A DNA stretch of 27,697 bases, from the IMG/VR virus record IMGVR_UViG_3300005611_000162, positions 1-27,697 of that record; one strand, 5' to 3'. Origin of the DNA: a virus. Lineage: Duplodnaviria; Caudoviricetes. The position numbers were made by a program, and so were the translations under genes. Shown here piece by piece: positions 25,136 to 27,697 of the stretch. Every line of letters begins with the position of its first letter. The first letter of the stretch is position 1. The notes beneath the pieces are model-generated. The model ran no database searches and had not been told where the DNA came from. It saw only the letters and a program-made list of their open reading frames with translations.

Positions 25136-25165
25136 CAAATATAGTAATACTTTTTAATTATCAAA
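25136..25165 (-). promoter_or_regulatory. Promoter of the RHH-antirepressor operon
   Basis: TTTG-N18-TATATTTG. Confidence 0.7.
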
Positions 25166-25343
25166 GACCAGCCTCGATATATTTTATCTTGCCATCAGGA
25201 AACTTCTCTTTGACCTTAGCCTCGGCTTCTTCTTTTGTCGGGCCGTAAACCAATAACACCCTGTCCTCAAACCTAGAACCAAACTCGTCCGTTACCCAAA
25301 CCCTTATACATGCCGTGAATGTGTCTTGTGTGGTGTAGTTCAT
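25161..25343 (-). CDS. Hypothetical protein (60 aa)
   Basis: ORF with its own promoter; TKEEAEAKV motif. Confidence 0.6.
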   Translation of the reverse strand: MNYTTQDTFTACIRVWVTDEFGSRFEDRVLLVYGPTKEEAEAKVKEKFPDGKIKYIEAGL

Positions 25344-25359
25344 ACCATCGTGTTTACTG

Positions 25360-25390
25360 CAAACCTAACAACTTCACACAACAATTCCAA
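25360..25390 (-). promoter_or_regulatory. Bacteroidota-type promoter
   Basis: TTG-N20-TAGGTTTG. Confidence 0.6.
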
Positions 25391-25476
25391 GAGCTCTTTG
25401 TCTCTTTATTATTGTAAACGTTTTTGTACTTTACGACTGTGGATGCCCAAAGGTAATTCCTTAAGGGTTTCTTCTA

Positions 25477-26283
25477 TTACTTATATACTATATTAGTTAT
25501 AGCTTCTAAGTTAGGCGTATACCTAGCACACGGCTTGTGAAAGAATATCTTACCATGAGCATATCTAGGTTCAGATGTATATTCATCCTGCCTTATATCC
25601 ACAAAGGTAGTCATTTTTTTCATTAACCAATGAGCAGATGCTGCCGAGTCGTAACCCCACATCTTGGATAGTGTACGATAGGAAATTGGAAATCCGCCAT
25701 TGCCTCGTATTTGTTGTAAAGATGCCTCGACATAATTCTTAAAACCCTCCCTAACGGGTTTCGGAATTTTCCGAGATTTCTTCGCATCCACGTATTCATC
25801 AAGGATGTCTCTTTCCAATTTCTTGCTGTACGCTAACGAGCAAGAGTAGAGCTTGTCATTCATAATCAACGCCCGCAACCTCATTACGACTTCTTCAAGG
25901 CTCAATCCCTCAATATCCATCATAAAGAACTCAGGACGCTTCTTTTCACATGAAGTAGGGTTCAACCCCTTCCGATTCCTTTCAACGTTAATTTGAGCAT
26001 ATCTAAGGCTCATTAACGCATGTAACTCCTTACGTATAGAACGCAACTGAAGATGCTTGCCAGTCACCTTCACTAAGCCAAGCTTTTTCAAAACTTCGAC
26101 ATACTTGCGAATAGTGCTATGCGACACACCAATAGCAGCAGCAGCCCTACGGTAAGTGAAATCACGGAATAACCTAGTCTCATGTTCCTGCTCAGATAAC
26201 ATGGCATGAATTGCCAAAGCCTTCAAGTTCTTGCTTGTTGGCTTGATGTTTCTGAAAAGGAATCTTGAGTAAGTAATCTTCAT
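25477..26283 (-). CDS. Basic DNA-binding protein with two winged-HTH motifs (regulator or replication initiator-like)
   Basis: TYRRAAAAIGVSHSTIRKYVEVLKKLGLV and ISYRTLSKMWGYDSAASAHWLMKKM. Confidence 0.7.
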   Translation of the reverse strand: MKITYSRFLFRNIKPTSKNLKALAIHAMLSEQEHETRLFRDFTYRRAAAAIGVSHSTIRKYVEVLKKLGLVKVTGKHLQLRSIRKELHALMSLRYAQINVERNRKGLNPTSCEKKRPEFFMMDIEGLSLEEVVMRLRALIMNDKLYSCSLAYSKKLERDILDEYVDAKKSRKIPKPVREGFKNYVEASLQQIRGNGGFPISYRTLSKMWGYDSAASAHWLMKKMTTFVDIRQDEYTSEPRYAHGKIFFHKPCARYTPNLEAITNIVYK

Positions 26284-26306
26284 ATATTACGAATCACATT
26301 CACCTG

Positions 26307-26369
26307 CAAATGTAGTAAAAACTTTTTCATCTGCAAGGCTTGTATTTAATTATTTTGTTTGTATATTTG
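26307..26369. promoter_or_regulatory. Back-to-back divergent promoters
   Basis: Minus: TTG(26336-34)-N19-TACATTTG(26314-07). Plus: TTG(26340-42)-N19-TATATTTG(26362-69). Confidence 0.75.
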
Positions 26370-26373
26370 CATC

Positions 26374-26440
26374 AGGTTATCTTCATAAAACGAATGGAAT
26401 TACGCTCCGAGCTGAAAAGTTTGGAGCGTTTTTCTTTTTT
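26374..26440 (+). ncRNA. Putative small RNA 1
   Basis: Lies between the promoter at 26362 and the terminator at 26402-26440. Confidence 0.55.
26402..26440 (+). terminator. Rho-independent terminator overlapping next promoter
   Basis: ACGCTCCGAGCT-GAAA-AGTTTGGAGCGT-TTTTCTTTTTT. Confidence 0.8.
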
Positions 26441-26451
26441 GCTTATCTTTG
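26421..26451 (+). promoter_or_regulatory. Second tandem promoter
   Basis: TTG-N20-TATCTTTG. Confidence 0.65.
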
Positions 26452-26455
26452 AACA

Positions 26456-26522
26456 TTCGTCAAGGATTCGTTCTTTCATTCCTCAGATGCCTCGGATTTA
26501 TTTTCGGGGCATTTGGTTTTTT
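26456..26522 (+). ncRNA. Putative small RNA 2
   Basis: Lies between the promoter at 26444 and the terminator at 26484-26522. Confidence 0.55.
26484..26522 (+). terminator. Rho-independent terminator overlapping next promoter
   Basis: CAGATGCCTCGGA-TTTATT-TTCGGGGCATTTG-GTTTTTT. Confidence 0.75.
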
Positions 26523-26542
26523 AAATACTTTTCATATATTTG
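26512..26542 (+). promoter_or_regulatory. Third tandem promoter
   Basis: TTTG-N19-TATATTTG. Confidence 0.7.
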
Positions 26543-26645
26543 CTATGACATAAAGCCGCTGCCTAAAACCATGCAGGCGTTTAAAGGCACGCACGGATTT
26601 TATCTGGTGTGGGAATTGAAAGCAGCGGCATTATTTTAAACACAC

Positions 26646-26912
26646 ATGGAAGATTTAACAAGGCCGTTTCCAATTTACGATACCAAGACGTTTGTAGTTC
26701 ACATACAAGACGGAATGGAACAAGAGAGGTGCTACCACAATTTTTCGATAGACCTGCGTGAGATTGTTTCTGTTTCGGGAACTTTGGTTCTTGGCGAGGA
26801 AGGAGAGTTTGCATTGATTGAAATGAAGTCTGGTGCTTTTTATGTTCTTGCTGAAAACGAAAAGCACCTAAGGAACGTGTGGAAAGATTTCGTTAGAAAC
26901 TACAAGCCATGA
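26646..26912 (+). CDS. Hypothetical protein
   Basis: 88 aa, AAACACAC-ATG leader. Confidence 0.7.
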   Translation: MEDLTRPFPIYDTKTFVVHIQDGMEQERCYHNFSIDLREIVSVSGTLVLGEEGEFALIEMKSGAFYVLAENEKHLRNVWKDFVRNYKP

Positions 26913-27097
26913 TACACATGAACTATGAAAGGGCTGTTGAAATTGTCCGCTACTGGAACGAATACGTTGCAGGAGATGTAGATGAGTTTCCATACAAACA
27001 GTCTGAGTTAAATGTAGCACGAGCATACCTACGCAGCAATGAGAGTACACATAGCAAAGGACGGGAAGGAAACCCCGTTGAATCGACTGACAAATGA
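26909..27097 (+). CDS. Hypothetical protein
   Basis: 62 aa, ATGA-coupled. Confidence 0.55.
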   Translation: MIHMNYERAVEIVRYWNEYVAGDVDEFPYKQSELNVARAYLRSNESTHSKGREGNPVESTDK

Positions 27098-27530
27098 GCG
27101 GCTGTTAAGTCTGCTTAACCTCTTTGTGAAAATGTCCCAAAGTGGATATTTCAATAAAGAGAAAAAAGAATGGCAGACTGGCGTTACGGCTTTAATATCG
27201 CTTGGCTATTACGACTACCTGGTGGAATACAGAAGAAGGAAGTCCAGAAAAGACTCCGATATGCAGAACCTAATTAAACTGCATGACCACCTTGATAAGA
27301 TGGAAACCTTCTATCAGGATGAAGAGTCTCCTAAGATGAAAGCCTATGTTGCCGAACTTATGGACAACCTCCATGCCGAGCCTACATACAATCAACTGCT
27401 TGATGCTTTAGATGCTTTATATCATGGCGAGGGAATGGCCGTAGCGCAAGATTTACTTATATACGCTGGCCGATTGGAACGTGAAGATGCTAAAGTAATC
27501 TCACCGCTTGTACCTGAATTGAATTCTTGA
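27039..27530 (+). CDS. Hypothetical protein
   Basis: 163-aa ORF; HIAKDGKETPLNRLTNERLLSLL start. Confidence 0.7.
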   Translation: MRVHIAKDGKETPLNRLTNERLLSLLNLFVKMSQSGYFNKEKKEWQTGVTALISLGYYDYLVEYRRRKSRKDSDMQNLIKLHDHLDKMETFYQDEESPKMKAYVAELMDNLHAEPTYNQLLDALDALYHGEGMAVAQDLLIYAGRLEREDAKVISPLVPELNS

Positions 27531-27697
27531 CGTTTTGTATAGTGTGCGTTTTAGTGCCGTATAGCCATCTTTTTAGGTGTGTAAGCTTGCGGATTTGAAA
27601 GATGAAACTTTTTTCTTTTCTTTTTGTGCGGTGGGAAAATAAAAAATAAAACAAAGTAGAATGATATATTTAGAACCTTGCGAAGAAACGCTAAAAA

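Larger units (their letters stand above)
1..27697. mobile_element. Bacteriophage/prophage segment (early and replication modules), probable Bacteroidota host
   Basis: Dense co-oriented small ORFs with ATGA overlaps; antirepressor, NinB/NinG-like, VRR-NUC, ArdA, orphan MTase; recurring TTG-N~19-TAnnTTTG promoters; no SD motifs. Confidence 0.92.

Noticed and set aside
43-25248. Numerous plus-strand ORFs in the track (e.g. 2142-2600, 5853-6395, 19515-19967)
   Set aside because: Antisense shadows of well-supported minus-strand genes; Ser/Phe/Leu-rich with no motifs or leaders.
26340-26639. 99-aa plus-strand ORF over the sRNA array
   Set aside because: TTG start lies inside a promoter and the frame crosses two terminators; composition reflects T-tracts.

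Overview
The window is a segment of a double-stranded DNA bacteriophage (or prophage), most likely infecting Bacteroidota. There are about 13 promoters of the Bacteroidota sigma-70 type (TTG-N18-21-TAnnTTTG), no Shine-Dalgarno sequences, and A/C-rich translation leaders. Almost all genes from 1 to 26.3 kb lie on the minus strand. 1-11.8 kb is a replication/recombination module: MazG-like pyrophosphatase, VRR-NUC nuclease, BT4734/VirE-N+PriCT primase-like protein, phage beta-clamp, SNF2 helicase, DEDDh exonuclease, Rad50/SMC-like ATPase, PD-(D/E)XK nuclease, lytic transglycosylase, NinB-like, DnaA domain-IV protein, NinG/HNH-like and HTH regulators. 11.8-18.2 kb is an early, anti-defence-type region of small genes (ArdA, RadC/JAB, acidic proteins) driven by three related promoters. 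18.2-19.0 kb is a non-coding, strand-asymmetric repeat region (candidate genome end/packaging site or origin). 19-26.3 kb holds a beta-class DNA methyltransferase, a cassette-like array of small genes, an Arc-like RHH plus antirepressor pair and a two-HTH protein. A divergent plus-strand unit starts at 26.34 kb. The most notable non-coding observations are: (i) two anticodon-less tRNA-like elements with covarying stems and an identical AGCGAAA T-loop, one directly after ardA; (ii) a tandem promoter-sRNA-terminator array whose short RNAs carry anti-start-codon (UUCAU) seeds; (iii) a four-copy intergenic repeat preceding small cassette genes. No structural or packaging genes, integrase or CRISPR array are visible. 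All family calls come from motif recognition by eye, not database searches.
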